A stretch of 64,000 bases of DNA from a bacterium (GCA_963675295.2 CAXXKJ010000002.1:3264001-3328000), one strand, 5' to 3'. Shown: positions 10,393 to 20,478, counted from the stretch's first letter. Notes: generated from the sequence alone by a model not told the origin. Translations and numbers: made by a program.

Positions 10393-10806
10393 ATGAAGAC
10401 GAGTTCGAAAAACACTTCTTTGCTGTTTCTGTTGGCATTCGCTTCAATGATACTGGCCTTTGGGCCTGTTCTCGCCGCTGACCCACCACTGGGGATTTGG
10501 GACGTGAGCATTACAAGTGTCTGGCACTTTGAGGAGGAGTACGAATTCTATCAACCCACCGCGTTTGGGTACGCGCAGATTGACCCGAATCCTGGTAGCT
10601 CCTACTGGGAGTATCTGCCACTTGGTACCTCCTGGCAGTTTGATAACATCCAATCCTACGCCAGTGGAACCGTTTATTCTATACTTTGGCCCAATGTGAC
10701 GGGGGTGACCGTTGTCACCTACCCAGACTGCGATGACAGTAGTGAGATTACCGGTAGTATCTCACAGGCACAGACTCACGAATGGCAAACAGTCTTGGGA
10801 GAATAG
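10393..10806 (+). CDS. Hypothetical secreted protein
   Basis: GAGGAG RBS, signal peptide (VLA-A), lower GC, followed by a terminator-like hairpin. Confidence 0.7.
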   Translation: MKTSSKNTSLLFLLAFASMILAFGPVLAADPPLGIWDVSITSVWHFEEEYEFYQPTAFGYAQIDPNPGSSYWEYLPLGTSWQFDNIQSYASGTVYSILWPNVTGVTVVTYPDCDDSSEITGSISQAQTHEWQTVLGE

Positions 10807-10853
10807 TCCGGTCAGAAGTTTCTGATTACTTCAACCTATCTGCTCCGCACTCT

Positions 10854-10880
10854 GCCCCCACACGTTGTGGGGGTTTGTTG
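10854..10880 (+). terminator. Putative terminator
   Basis: CCCCCAC-ACGTT-GTGGGGG followed by TTTGTT. Confidence 0.55.
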
Positions 10881-11043
10881 TGGATCCCATTAAAGAATCT
10901 GGTTGCCAACAGCACCGCAGATTGTCAGAATCGAATACTGTCGCTCCTGAAGAACGTAGGTTTCAAATTGGCCTGATAGCACCATGTTTCATAGAGAAAA
11001 GACCTCATCCCCTGTACTATTTTACAAGTAACCTGGAGAATAG

Positions 11044-11082
11044 AAAAACCGGGGACACATTCACACGAACGTGTCCCCGGTT
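11044..11082 (-). terminator. Intrinsic terminator of gdh
   Basis: AACCGGGGACAC...GTGTCCCCGGTT preceded by an A run on the + strand (U tract on the - strand). Confidence 0.8.
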
Positions 11083-11090
11083 GATGTTTT

Positions 11091-11118
11091 GCTCACAGCT
11101 CACAGCTCAGAGCTCGCA
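11091..11118. repeat. 7-nt tandem array (GCTCACA type)
   Basis: gctcaca gctcaca gctcaga gctcgca. Confidence 0.65.
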
Positions 11119-11129
11119 ACTACCGTCCA

Positions 11130-12416
11130 TCAGCACCAGCCGCGATCCTTGCAGCTCTGCGCGACACGGCTGATCGCGATGACATATGCGGCGTCACGCA
11201 TGTACAGCTTGCGTTTGCGTGCCAGTTCGCTCACCGCGATGAAGGCGTCGGTCATCTTCAGGTCGAGCTTGCCGAGCACTTCGTCCCGGGTCCAGTAGTA
11301 GTTCATGTTCGACTGCACCTGTTCGAAGTAGGAGCAGGTGACGCCGCCGGCGTTCGCGAGGAAGTCCGGGATGACGAAGATGCCGCGTTCTTCGAGCACG
11401 GCGTCCGCTTCCGGAGTCGTTGGCCCGTTCGCGCCTTCCGCGATCACTTTGACACGCTGGCTGATCTTGTCAACGTTGTCGCCGGTGATCTGGTTTTCCA
11501 GCGCGCACGGCAGCAGCACGTCCACATCCTGCTCGATCCACGCGTCCCCGCTGAGGATTTCGTAGCCCTTGTCCTTCGCCTTGGCTTTGTCGACTTCGCC
11601 GAAGCGGTCGGTCATGGACAGCAGGTCGTCCAGGTCGATCCCGTCCACCTTGCGGAAGGTGTACGAGGTCTGGTCGTGGTTGTCCCACGTTGAGACGGCG
11701 ACCACGGTCCCGCCGAGTTGGGTGTAGAGCCGCATCGCGTACTGGGCGACGTTACCGAAGCCCTGGAACGCTGCGGTGGTGTCTTCCGGACGGATTTCCA
11801 GTTCCTTCAACGCTTCCCGCAGGGTGAAGACGACGCCGAACCCGGTCGCTTCGGTACGTCCCAGCGAACCGCCCATGCCCACCGGCTTGCCGGTGATCAG
11901 GCCCGGGTAGTGGCCACCGGTCAGGGTTTCGTACTCGTCGAGCATCCACAGCATGTGCTGCGCGGAGGTCATCACGTCCGGCGCCGGAACGTCGTTCACC
12001 GGGCCGATATTTTTCCACAGCTGACGGATGAAGCCACGGCAGATCTGTTCCTGTTCCTTCATCGACAGGTTGTGCGGATCGCAGATCACGCCGCCCTTGC
12101 CGCCGCCGAGCGGGATGTCGACACACGCGCACTTCCAGGTCATCCACATCGACAATGCGCGCACGGTGTCCACGGTTTCCTGCGGGTGGAACCGGATGCC
12201 GCCCTTGTTCGGGCCGCGGGCGTCATTGTGCTGGCAACGGAAGCCACGGAAAACGCGGGTAGTGCCGTCGTCCATCTTCACCGGGATGCTGAAATGGAAC
12301 TCGCGCAACGGGGTGCGCAGCAATTCACGTGTGCCTTCATCGAGGTTAAGCAGTTCGGCGACTTTATCGAACTGAGTCTGCGCCATCGCGAACGGATTGA
12401 AACCTTTTTCCGCCAT
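11130..12416 (-). CDS. gdhA: Glu/Leu/Phe/Val dehydrogenase (glutamate dehydrogenase)
   Basis: GPNKGGIRFHP, GGGKGG, DVPAPD, QGFGNVA, EGANGPTT, PDFLANAGGV. Confidence 0.93.
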   Translation of the reverse strand: MAEKGFNPFAMAQTQFDKVAELLNLDEGTRELLRTPLREFHFSIPVKMDDGTTRVFRGFRCQHNDARGPNKGGIRFHPQETVDTVRALSMWMTWKCACVDIPLGGGKGGVICDPHNLSMKEQEQICRGFIRQLWKNIGPVNDVPAPDVMTSAQHMLWMLDEYETLTGGHYPGLITGKPVGMGGSLGRTEATGFGVVFTLREALKELEIRPEDTTAAFQGFGNVAQYAMRLYTQLGGTVVAVSTWDNHDQTSYTFRKVDGIDLDDLLSMTDRFGEVDKAKAKDKGYEILSGDAWIEQDVDVLLPCALENQITGDNVDKISQRVKVIAEGANGPTTPEADAVLEERGIFVIPDFLANAGGVTCSYFEQVQSNMNYYWTRDEVLGKLDLKMTDAFIAVSELARKRKLYMRDAAYVIAISRVAQSCKDRGWC

Positions 12417-12609
12417 CATGTCCTCACATCGTAAACCGATGAACCACCGCCATTGCCGGGGGCGATGGTCGCCCGTTGCGGTCCGCACGTTCGCGTCCCG
12501 AAGACAGAAAAGGGTGAAGCCGAGTTTTGCCTCGGCCTCACCGCTTGTGTTAAAGGTAACAAGCGCAACTCAGGGGAGCAACCCGGGCTCGGGGGCTCGA
12601 CATTGCGTG

Positions 12610-13455
12610 TCACAGGGTCAACCGCGCCGCATCAGCGGGATTATCGCTGTCGATTTCGACGACCACCAGCTCCGGTCCACCGGTCGCACCGTTCATCATC
12701 CATGTCCGTCCCAGCTGTTCCCTGAAGTCGCCGGTACGGGAGGTGGATTCGTGGATGTGGCCGTGCAACGTCAGCAGCGGCTGCCGATGCTCGATCCAGC
12801 GACGGATGGCGATCGAACCGACGTGCGAATCGAGCGGCACATGGTCGACCATCTTGCCCTCGAGGCCGGCGTGATCGAGCGCGGTCTTGTACGGCGGCGA
12901 GTGTGCTAGCAGGACGGCGTTTTCCATCTCGACGCCTTCCGTCAGCCCGGCCAGATCCTCGGCGATGGTTTGATAGCGCAGATCACGTTGCCGGACCGGA
13001 ATGCTGTGCTGTCCTTCCTCCGGCGAGACGCAGCCGGGGTCAACGTACCGGCTGACATCGTACTTCTCCCAGTCCTTCAGCATGAACGGCGTCGGCGGAA
13101 CGTAATTGTAGCCGATCAACGTCAGCCCCATCACCTCGACGACCTGCATGTGCAGGTACGTCCACAAGCCCCCCGCCCCATTCTCGACGAACCACGGCTC
13201 AATCGATGCGCCGTCATCATTGCCGAGGATCAGGTACACTTTCGGGTAGCGGTCGCCGAGTGTGGCTCGGACTCGTTCGAACCCGCCAAGGAAGATATCA
13301 GCGAAGAAATCGCCGTTGATGCTGTGAAACCCATGCGGACACAGATCACCGCCGAGCAGCAGCATGTCCGGCGGAGATTGGATCAGGTACTCGAACAGCT
13401 TTTCGTAGCGGTTCGGGTGTCCGTGCAGATCGGTGGCAAAGGCAAGGCGTGGCAT
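12610..13455 (-). CDS. Metallophosphoesterase (Icc-like calcineurin superfamily)
   Basis: TDLHG, GGD, LGNDD, HSPP and HGHIHES motifs. Confidence 0.88.
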   Translation of the reverse strand: MPRLAFATDLHGHPNRYEKLFEYLIQSPPDMLLLGGDLCPHGFHSINGDFFADIFLGGFERVRATLGDRYPKVYLILGNDDGASIEPWFVENGAGGLWTYLHMQVVEVMGLTLIGYNYVPPTPFMLKDWEKYDVSRYVDPGCVSPEEGQHSIPVRQRDLRYQTIAEDLAGLTEGVEMENAVLLAHSPPYKTALDHAGLEGKMVDHVPLDSHVGSIAIRRWIEHRQPLLTLHGHIHESTSRTGDFREQLGRTWMMNGATGGPELVVVEIDSDNPADAARLTL

Positions 13456-13624
13456 CAGTTCTCAACCGGGTTACGGTACGATTTGCGAATGTAGGTACGT
13501 TTGCCATCCCTTCGCTCTCGGCAGCTCGTGATCAGCGTGGGGCGGTGGAAAGCTGATCGGGCATGTGTGTACTCTTTAGTGTCGAAACATATGTTCCATC
13601 GGATCACCCACGAAAGCTCCAGCC

Positions 13625-14905
13625 ATGACTCGTGCCGATCTAATGCAGGCGTTTGACCGTGTTCGGCAAATGACCGAAACTCTCTGCCAGCCCTTGGAAA
13701 TTGAGGATTATGTTCTGCAGGCGATGGAGGATTCCAGCCCACCGTTATGGAACCTCGCCCACACCAGCTGGTTCTTTGAACAGTTTCTGCTGCGTGATTT
13801 CGAACCGGGCTTCCAGCCGTTCAGCGAGGCGTACCTCTACCTGTTCAACTCGTACTACGTCCAGGCCGGCCCGCGAAATTTGCGGGGACAGCGAGGCATG
13901 ATGTCGCGCCCCACGGTCAAGCAGGTCTATGAATACCGCCGCATCATCGACGAACGCGTGCATGTGTTGCTGGAATCGATCAGCGATGACCAGCTGCCCG
14001 CGGCACGGTTCATTATCATCCTCGGTCTCAACCACGAACAGCAGCACCAGGAATTGTTCCTCACCGACCACAAGTTCAATCTGTCGCTGAATCCGTTGCG
14101 GCCCGTGTACCGTCATGACCTGCACCACGACGCCCCCACCGCTGCCGCCCCGAACAAGCCGAAATATCTTAAGTTCAAGCAGGGTGTCCGTGAGATCGGC
14201 TACAACGGGAACAGCTTCCACTTCGACAACGAACTCCCCGTACACATGACGTTCCTGCATGAGTATGCGTTGCGGTCAACTCTGGTCACCAACCAGGAAT
14301 ACCTCGAGTTCATCGAGGATGGCGGCTACCAACGGCCGGAGTTGTGGTTGTCGGACGGCTGGGCGGTGCGTGAGGAACGAGGTTGGACCGCGCCGTTGTA
14401 CTGGGAGCAACGTGACGGCGAATGGTGGACGTTCACCCTGGGCGGGATGCGCAAAGTGAATCCGGCGGAACCGGTCGTGCATGTCAGCTTCTACGAAGCG
14501 GACGCGTTCGCCAGCTGGGCGGGAAAACGCCTGCCGACCGAGTTCGAATGGGAGAACGCCGCACGTGAGCTGAATCGTGTGCCGGATACCGGGTGGGATA
14601 ATCTGATGGACACCGGTCGTCTCCACCCCGTCGCCGACAGCGGCAGAACGGACGGGCCCCCGCTGTCTCACTTGTTCGGCAACGTCTGGGAATGGACCGG
14701 CAGCGCCTACCGTCCCTACCCCGGATACTATCCGCCGGACGGCGCGATTGGCGAATACAACGGCAAGTTCATGAGCGGTCAGATGGTGCTGCGTGGCGGA
14801 TCGTGCGCGACCCCGTCCGATCACATCCGCGCGTCGTACCGGAATTTCTTCCACCCGGACAAGCGGTGGCAGTTCAGCGGAATTCGGTTGGCGACTGAAG
14901 TGTAA
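13625..14905 (+). CDS. egtB: Ergothioneine biosynthesis sulfoxide synthase EgtB
   Basis: DinB-like domain (LAHTSWFFE, NHEQQHQE) plus FGE-sulfatase domain (RLPTEFEWE, GNVWEWT, YNGKFM, YRNFF); adjacent to egtD. Confidence 0.93.
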   Translation: MTRADLMQAFDRVRQMTETLCQPLEIEDYVLQAMEDSSPPLWNLAHTSWFFEQFLLRDFEPGFQPFSEAYLYLFNSYYVQAGPRNLRGQRGMMSRPTVKQVYEYRRIIDERVHVLLESISDDQLPAARFIIILGLNHEQQHQELFLTDHKFNLSLNPLRPVYRHDLHHDAPTAAAPNKPKYLKFKQGVREIGYNGNSFHFDNELPVHMTFLHEYALRSTLVTNQEYLEFIEDGGYQRPELWLSDGWAVREERGWTAPLYWEQRDGEWWTFTLGGMRKVNPAEPVVHVSFYEADAFASWAGKRLPTEFEWENAARELNRVPDTGWDNLMDTGRLHPVADSGRTDGPPLSHLFGNVWEWTGSAYRPYPGYYPPDGAIGEYNGKFMSGQMVLRGGSCATPSDHIRASYRNFFHPDKRWQFSGIRLATEV

Positions 14906-14907
14906 GA

Positions 14908-14974
14908 CAGTTCTCAGTGCTCAGTTATCAGTGGTCAGTAGGTTGTGCCCATAGCCCAGAGCCCATAGCCCGGA
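14908..14974. repeat. Bipartite 7-nt tandem array between egtB and egtD
   Basis: cagttct cagtgct cagttat cagtggt cagtagg, then gcccata gcccaga gcccata gcccgga. Confidence 0.75.
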
Positions 14975-14980
14975 ACCATC

Positions 14981-15985
14981 ATGCCCCCGACCTACAGAGT
15001 CTTGACGCCGAACGATCTCGACAGCATCCTCAACCCGCGGCACGAGTTTGCGACAGAGGTGCTGCTCGGCTTGTCGAAGGAACAGAAGAGCCTGCCGTCA
15101 CGGTATTTCTACGATGACACCGGCAGCCACTTGTTCCAGCGGATCATGGAGTTGGAGGAGTATTACCCGACCGGGTGCGAACGGAACATCCTCACGCGAC
15201 ACGCATCCGATTTCACCGATCATGTTGCGACGAAACCGTTCAACCTGATCGACCTCGGGTCCGGTGACGGCAGCAAAACCAACCTCTTCCTCGCGGATAT
15301 GCTCCAACGCAAATGCGACTTCACCTACATCCCGATCGACATCTCGGAAGCCGCGATTCGTGAACAGGGTGTGGAGCTGGAAATGCGTTTCCCGGAATTG
15401 GACGTCGCCGGGATTGTCGCGGAATACTTCAATGGACTGTTATGGCATTCGCAGCATTCGGATCGTCGCAACCTGATCCTGTTTCTCGGCTCGAACATCG
15501 GCAACTTCCACCGCAGCCAGGCGCGCACCTTCATGCGCACCATGTGGAATTTGCTTCAGCCGGGCGATTTGGTGCTGATCGGGTTCGACCTGAAGAAGAA
15601 TATTGACGTGATGGTGCGGGCGTACAACGACAGCCAGGGAGTGACTCGCGAGTTCAACCTCAACTTGCTGCAACGGATCAACACCGAACTCGGCGGCGAT
15701 TTCCAGATCGATAAGTGGAGGCATTACGCCAGCTACCATGTCTTCAGCGGCGCGATGGAAAGCTACCTCGTCAGCCGGGTAGAACAGGAGGTAACCGTCG
15801 AAGCAGTGAATCAGCGATTCCATTTCGACGCCTTCGAGCCGATTCACACCGAATATTCGTACAAGTTCCTCGAATCGGATATTCAGCAGCTCGCGGCGGA
15901 CACCGGCTTCACCATCGTCGAGCAGTATTACGATGACAGGCGCTATTTTGTGGACTCACTGTGGCGGGTGGAAAAAGTGGTGTAA
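14981..15985 (+). CDS. egtD: L-histidine N-alpha-methyltransferase EgtD
   Basis: KSLPSRYFYDDTGS, EYYPT, DLGSGDGSKT, FLGSNIGNF, AYNDSQGVT, IHTEYSYKF. Confidence 0.93.
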   Translation: MPPTYRVLTPNDLDSILNPRHEFATEVLLGLSKEQKSLPSRYFYDDTGSHLFQRIMELEEYYPTGCERNILTRHASDFTDHVATKPFNLIDLGSGDGSKTNLFLADMLQRKCDFTYIPIDISEAAIREQGVELEMRFPELDVAGIVAEYFNGLLWHSQHSDRRNLILFLGSNIGNFHRSQARTFMRTMWNLLQPGDLVLIGFDLKKNIDVMVRAYNDSQGVTREFNLNLLQRINTELGGDFQIDKWRHYASYHVFSGAMESYLVSRVEQEVTVEAVNQRFHFDAFEPIHTEYSYKFLESDIQQLAADTGFTIVEQYYDDRRYFVDSLWRVEKVV

Positions 15986-16095
15986 AACTGGGACGTTTCG
16001 GTCTTTTTGGTAACCACAAAGGTGTTCCACGGGTACTGCGCGAGAGAGTTTCACGTTGTATATTCACCTCCGACCCTAACGGAGCTGAGCCAGGC

Positions 16096-16866
16096 ATGGC
16101 GAAAACGATATCCATCGCAAATCAGAAGGGCGGCGTCGGCAAGACCACCACGGCGGTCAATCTCGCCAGCAGCATCGCGGTTGCGGAGATGAAAACCCTG
16201 CTGGTCGACCTTGATCCTCAGGGCAACGCGACCAGCGGCATGGGGCTGCAGGTGGCAGAGGGGCAGCCTTCGGTGTACGAGGTGATGATCGGCAGCGCTT
16301 CGGCCGAAGAGGCGATTGTCGCGTCCGAGTTGCCGAACCTGTACGTCCTCCCCGCGAGCATCAAGCTGGTCGGTGCGGAAATCGAGCTGGTCGGCATGGT
16401 CGCACGGGAATCGATGCTGCGCAAGGCGTTGGCGGAAGTCAAGGATCGCTACGATTACATCTTCATAGACTCGCCACCGTCCCTCGGCCTGTTGACCTTG
16501 AACGGTCTCACCGCCGCCGATACGATCCTGATCCCGATCCAGTGCGAATACTACGCGCTTGAAGGACTGAGCCAGTTATTGAACACGGTTCGCCTCGTGC
16601 AGAAGCACCTGAACAGCGGTCTCGGCATCGAGGGCGGTCTGTTGACGATGTACGATCACCGTCTCAACTTGTCCCGCCAGGTGGCGGACGACATCCGCAA
16701 GTACTTCGACGGTCGCGTGTTCGAAACGATGATCTACCGCAACGTGCGGCTCAGTGAAGCCCCGAGTTACGGCAAACCCATCCTGTTGTACGACATTACC
16801 AGCCGAGGCGCGGAAAACTATCTCGCCCTCGCGGAGGAACTGCTTTCTCATGACACCCCGGCCTAA
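16096..16866 (+). CDS. parA: Chromosome partitioning ATPase ParA/Soj
   Basis: NQKGGVGKTTT, DLDPQGNAT, IPIQCEYYALEG, RLSEAPSYG. Confidence 0.95.
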   Translation: MAKTISIANQKGGVGKTTTAVNLASSIAVAEMKTLLVDLDPQGNATSGMGLQVAEGQPSVYEVMIGSASAEEAIVASELPNLYVLPASIKLVGAEIELVGMVARESMLRKALAEVKDRYDYIFIDSPPSLGLLTLNGLTAADTILIPIQCEYYALEGLSQLLNTVRLVQKHLNSGLGIEGGLLTMYDHRLNLSRQVADDIRKYFDGRVFETMIYRNVRLSEAPSYGKPILLYDITSRGAENYLALAEELLSHDTPA

Positions 16867-17728
16867 GGGCGGTCTCGGCCGTGGGCTGAGTGCGCTGATC
16901 CCCAACGCGGACGAAACGGAACTGCGCAAGCAGGCGAATGACATCGAGGTGGCGCGAATCCACGCCCGCCCCGATCAGCCGCGTTCTCATTTCGATCCGA
17001 AAGCACTGGAAGAGCTGGTCGAATCGGTCAAGGCGCAGGGTGTGCTGGTGCCGTTGATCGTGACGCCTCGTGACGGTAACTACCTGCTGGTCGCTGGGGA
17101 ACGACGGCTGCGTGCGGCTCGTGCGGCGGGACTGGTTACGGTCCCTTGCCGGGTGATCGAGGATCTCAGCGACCGCGACATCCTTGAGATTTCGCTCGTT
17201 GAAAATTTGCAACGCGAAGACCTCAACCCGGTCGAACTGGCCAAAGGATACCGCCGTCTCATCGAGGAGATGAAGTACACGCAGCAGCAGGTTGCGGAAC
17301 GTGTCGGCAAGGACCGCGCGACGGTCGCGAACACGTTGCGGCTGCTTGCGTTACCGGAACCGGTGCTGCGGATGCTTGTCGACGAAGAGTTGACCCAGGG
17401 CCACGCCCGTGCACTACTCTCGCTGAACGGTGAGGGGTCGCAGGTGTCGATGGCGCGCGCGATCACCGACCACGGACTCAGTGTACGTGAGGTGGAACGG
17501 CGCATCCGCGGCCGCAAATCGGGCAAGAAGGCACCTGCGAAGGACGACAAGAAGCGGCGTGACGACCTCGCGGCGAAGCAGGTTTCGAGCGAGTTGCAGG
17601 AGATTCTCGGCATGCCGGTGAGTGTCAACCATCGTGGCCGAGGCGGGCAGGTGACGATCAAGTACACGTCGCTCGACGATCTCGACCGTGTCATCGCGAT
17701 GTTGCGACGGGGACGCGGCCGGACGTGA
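16850..17728 (+). CDS. parB: Chromosome partitioning protein ParB/Spo0J
   Basis: GLGRGLSALI, QPR, LVAGERRLRA, ENLQREDL and an HTH. Confidence 0.95.
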   Translation: MTPRPKGGLGRGLSALIPNADETELRKQANDIEVARIHARPDQPRSHFDPKALEELVESVKAQGVLVPLIVTPRDGNYLLVAGERRLRAARAAGLVTVPCRVIEDLSDRDILEISLVENLQREDLNPVELAKGYRRLIEEMKYTQQQVAERVGKDRATVANTLRLLALPEPVLRMLVDEELTQGHARALLSLNGEGSQVSMARAITDHGLSVREVERRIRGRKSGKKAPAKDDKKRRDDLAAKQVSSELQEILGMPVSVNHRGRGGQVTIKYTSLDDLDRVIAMLRRGRGRT

Positions 17729-20469
17729 GAGGCCACATTGCGCAAGCCGCGCTCGAACGGGCGCTGGAACGAACGGCGGAAGCGGACCACACGGTCCGCT
17801 CTCTACTCCGTCCCTTTCAGGATCAAGCAGCTGGAATGCTGGTGCTCGCCACCGGCGGGTATGCCCGTGCCGACCTCGCTCCGTACTCCGACCTCGACAT
17901 TGTCATCGTCCTGAAAGATCCTACCACGCACGAAGAAATCGTCCAGCAATTTGTTCAGGGCTTATGGGACAGCCCGTACAGGCCGGCACAGACCGTGCTC
18001 GCGATGGACGACCTCGATGGCAAACTGTTCACCATTCCCGACCGCGCGTCCTCGCTGCTGGAAACCCGTGTACTGTGGGGTGATGCGGGACTGGCGGATG
18101 AGTACGAACGTATGGTTAACGCGCTCATCAACGAACCTGTCTTTTCGAAGTACGTGCAGCGCAAGACGGAAGAGTTTTTCGCCCGGCGGGAGAAGTATGG
18201 CTGGGTCGCGCGTGTGATCGAACCGCATTTGAAGAACGAAGCGGGCGGATTCCGCGATTTGCACCACGTGCTGTGGCTCGAACGGGCACGCGCGGCCCTG
18301 CACAACCAGTGGAAAGTGCGGCGGCAGCGCGGGAACATGATCCGCTCGTTCGTGTCGCGCCTGAGTCACGGGCACGGCCTCGCCGAATGGGAAGCGGAGG
18401 AGTTGGTCGAAGCGTTCGGCTTCCTGCTCGCAGTCCGGGAGCAGCTGCACGAGCGCCAGAAGCAAAGCGAGGATCGCCTGATTGTCGCCGAACAGGCGTC
18501 AATCGCCTCCACCCTCGGCTATCACGGATCCGAGCGGCAGGTGATGATCGACCTGATGCGTGGCGTCTACCAGTCCACCGAAAAGCACAGCCGTTTCTGT
18601 GAGAAATTCGGCCCACGGTTCGCCGAGGCGGAGATCCTCACCTCTCCCCTGCCACTGTCACGGTCCGCCCACAATGAAACACCAGCCGGAGCAAACCCGC
18701 CGTTCTCAAGCACCGCCGAAGATCTCGCCTCGGATGAGTCTGCCCCGTCCGCAAAAGAGCTGAGCGGGATCAACCACACCGAGATTGACCAGGACTCACT
18801 GAACTCCGGCCTCAACCTGAGCCAACCGCCGTCGGACGGTCCCGACCCACCGGACCTGAACGCCGAGGTGAGCTTCGGACATGTCGACCTGTCGTTGCCA
18901 GCGATCCGTCAGCACGCCAGCGATCCTGGCGCCCTGCTCGACTTGCTTGATTATCTCGCAGACGAGGAATTACTGCTGTCCGGACGGACCCGTCACCGGT
19001 TGCGTCGTGAGCTGCATTTGAATGACGGCCCGCAGCATGATCCGGGCAACTGGGCGATCCCGTTGCAGCGCTGGTTCAACGTGCCCTCCGGATTCTCACG
19101 GCGGCTGCGTCTACTGGACGAACTTGACGCGATCAAGCTGTGGCTGCCGGAGTGGCGTGAGATCGCCGGGCTGACAACCGGGTCGTACTATCACCGTTAC
19201 ACCGTGGATGAACACACTCTCCGCGCGCTCGAGAACCTTGACCACCTGCCAGACACCGGGATCAAGGGCGACCCGGACTCTTTGTGGCAGGACTGTAGCT
19301 TCCGTCCGATGGTCTACCTCGCTCTAATGCTCCACGACATCGCCAAGGGGCGCGGCGACAAGCACTCGGAGAACGGTGCCGACATTGCACGGGAAGCGTT
19401 GACCCGGTTCGGCATGGAACGCTGGAGCGATGGTGTCGCGCGTCTTGTCGAGATCCATCTGCGGATGGAACAGACCGCGTTCCGGCGCGACTTCTCAGAC
19501 CCGGCCGTGATCAAGACGTTCCTCGAGCTTGTCGGGGACGAACGCACGTTGCGTGCGCTGTACATCCTCACGGTCTGTGACTTGAGCGCGGTCCGGTCGG
19601 GTGTCTGGACGTCATGGAAGGGACGGTTGCTGTCAGAACTTTATGTGACCACAATGGATGTTCTCGAGCATGGCCTCGAGGTCCGGAAAGCAACGGTCGA
19701 GCAGGAGGCCGAACGTGTCGCGCCGTTGCTTGAATCCACCGACCACGGACGCGACCGTGCGGAGGAGTTCATCAGCGCGCTGGAGGTGGATTACCGCCGT
19801 TCGGTTCCGGCACAGGAGATCGCCAGCCACCTGGAAACGGTCGAACAACTGCAACGTGGCGAGTTCGAGCACCGCTGGCTGATCGAAACCCATCCGGGGT
19901 ACGTCGTACTCACGCTGATCGATCATGATCGTCCCGGCCTGCTGGCGGAAATCACCGGCCTGCTGACGGTTCAGGGGATCGGCATCCGTGAGGCGCGCAT
20001 CTTCACCCGTCCGGATGGTGTCGTGATTGACCGCTTCCGCTGCGAGGATATCGAACCGACCGAACTGCCGCTGGCGGACCGGTTGAACCAGATCCCGGAA
20101 CGCTGGTCGAAGCTCAAGCAGCGTGAGCTCAAACTGACCGATCTGTTCTTCCGCTTTCAACGCCGCAGCCGGTTCGAACGGTCGAAGGTGGCGCGTGTCG
20201 ATCCGGGAGTGCGTGTACAGCCGACCGTGGAAGGCGCGGTGGTCGATATCAGCGGCGCGGACAGCATCGGGCTGCTGTATCGCTTATGTTCTGTATTGGC
20301 GGAGGAAGGGTACGAGATCCGCAGCGCACGGGTGACCGGCCGGCTGGACGGCATCCACGATTCGTTCCTGATCCGCGACCCGGAGGGCCGTCTGGCGAAC
20401 GATGAGGCGCAGCAGGCGTTGAAGCAGAAATTACAGGAGGCCGCGGATGCGACACTCCTCGCGACATAA
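17725..20469 (+). CDS. glnD: GlnD-like PII uridylyltransferase/uridylyl-removing enzyme
   Basis: NTase (GGYARADLAPYSDLD, LKNEAGGFRD), HD domain (YHRYTVDEHT, LHDIAKG) and two ACT domains (DRPGLL, DSIGLLY). Confidence 0.85.
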   Translation: MRGHIAQAALERALERTAEADHTVRSLLRPFQDQAAGMLVLATGGYARADLAPYSDLDIVIVLKDPTTHEEIVQQFVQGLWDSPYRPAQTVLAMDDLDGKLFTIPDRASSLLETRVLWGDAGLADEYERMVNALINEPVFSKYVQRKTEEFFARREKYGWVARVIEPHLKNEAGGFRDLHHVLWLERARAALHNQWKVRRQRGNMIRSFVSRLSHGHGLAEWEAEELVEAFGFLLAVREQLHERQKQSEDRLIVAEQASIASTLGYHGSERQVMIDLMRGVYQSTEKHSRFCEKFGPRFAEAEILTSPLPLSRSAHNETPAGANPPFSSTAEDLASDESAPSAKELSGINHTEIDQDSLNSGLNLSQPPSDGPDPPDLNAEVSFGHVDLSLPAIRQHASDPGALLDLLDYLADEELLLSGRTRHRLRRELHLNDGPQHDPGNWAIPLQRWFNVPSGFSRRLRLLDELDAIKLWLPEWREIAGLTTGSYYHRYTVDEHTLRALENLDHLPDTGIKGDPDSLWQDCSFRPMVYLALMLHDIAKGRGDKHSENGADIAREALTRFGMERWSDGVARLVEIHLRMEQTAFRRDFSDPAVIKTFLELVGDERTLRALYILTVCDLSAVRSGVWTSWKGRLLSELYVTTMDVLEHGLEVRKATVEQEAERVAPLLESTDHGRDRAEEFISALEVDYRRSVPAQEIASHLETVEQLQRGEFEHRWLIETHPGYVVLTLIDHDRPGLLAEITGLLTVQGIGIREARIFTRPDGVVIDRFRCEDIEPTELPLADRLNQIPERWSKLKQRELKLTDLFFRFQRRSRFERSKVARVDPGVRVQPTVEGAVVDISGADSIGLLYRLCSVLAEEGYEIRSARVTGRLDGIHDSFLIRDPEGRLANDEAQQALKQKLQEAADATLLAT

Positions 20470-20478
20470 CTCCGTACA

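Noticed and set aside
13625-14905. SenA (selenoneine synthase) or OvoA assignment
   Set aside because: There are no adjacent senB/selD genes and no C-terminal methyltransferase domain; motifs and egtD linkage fit EgtB.
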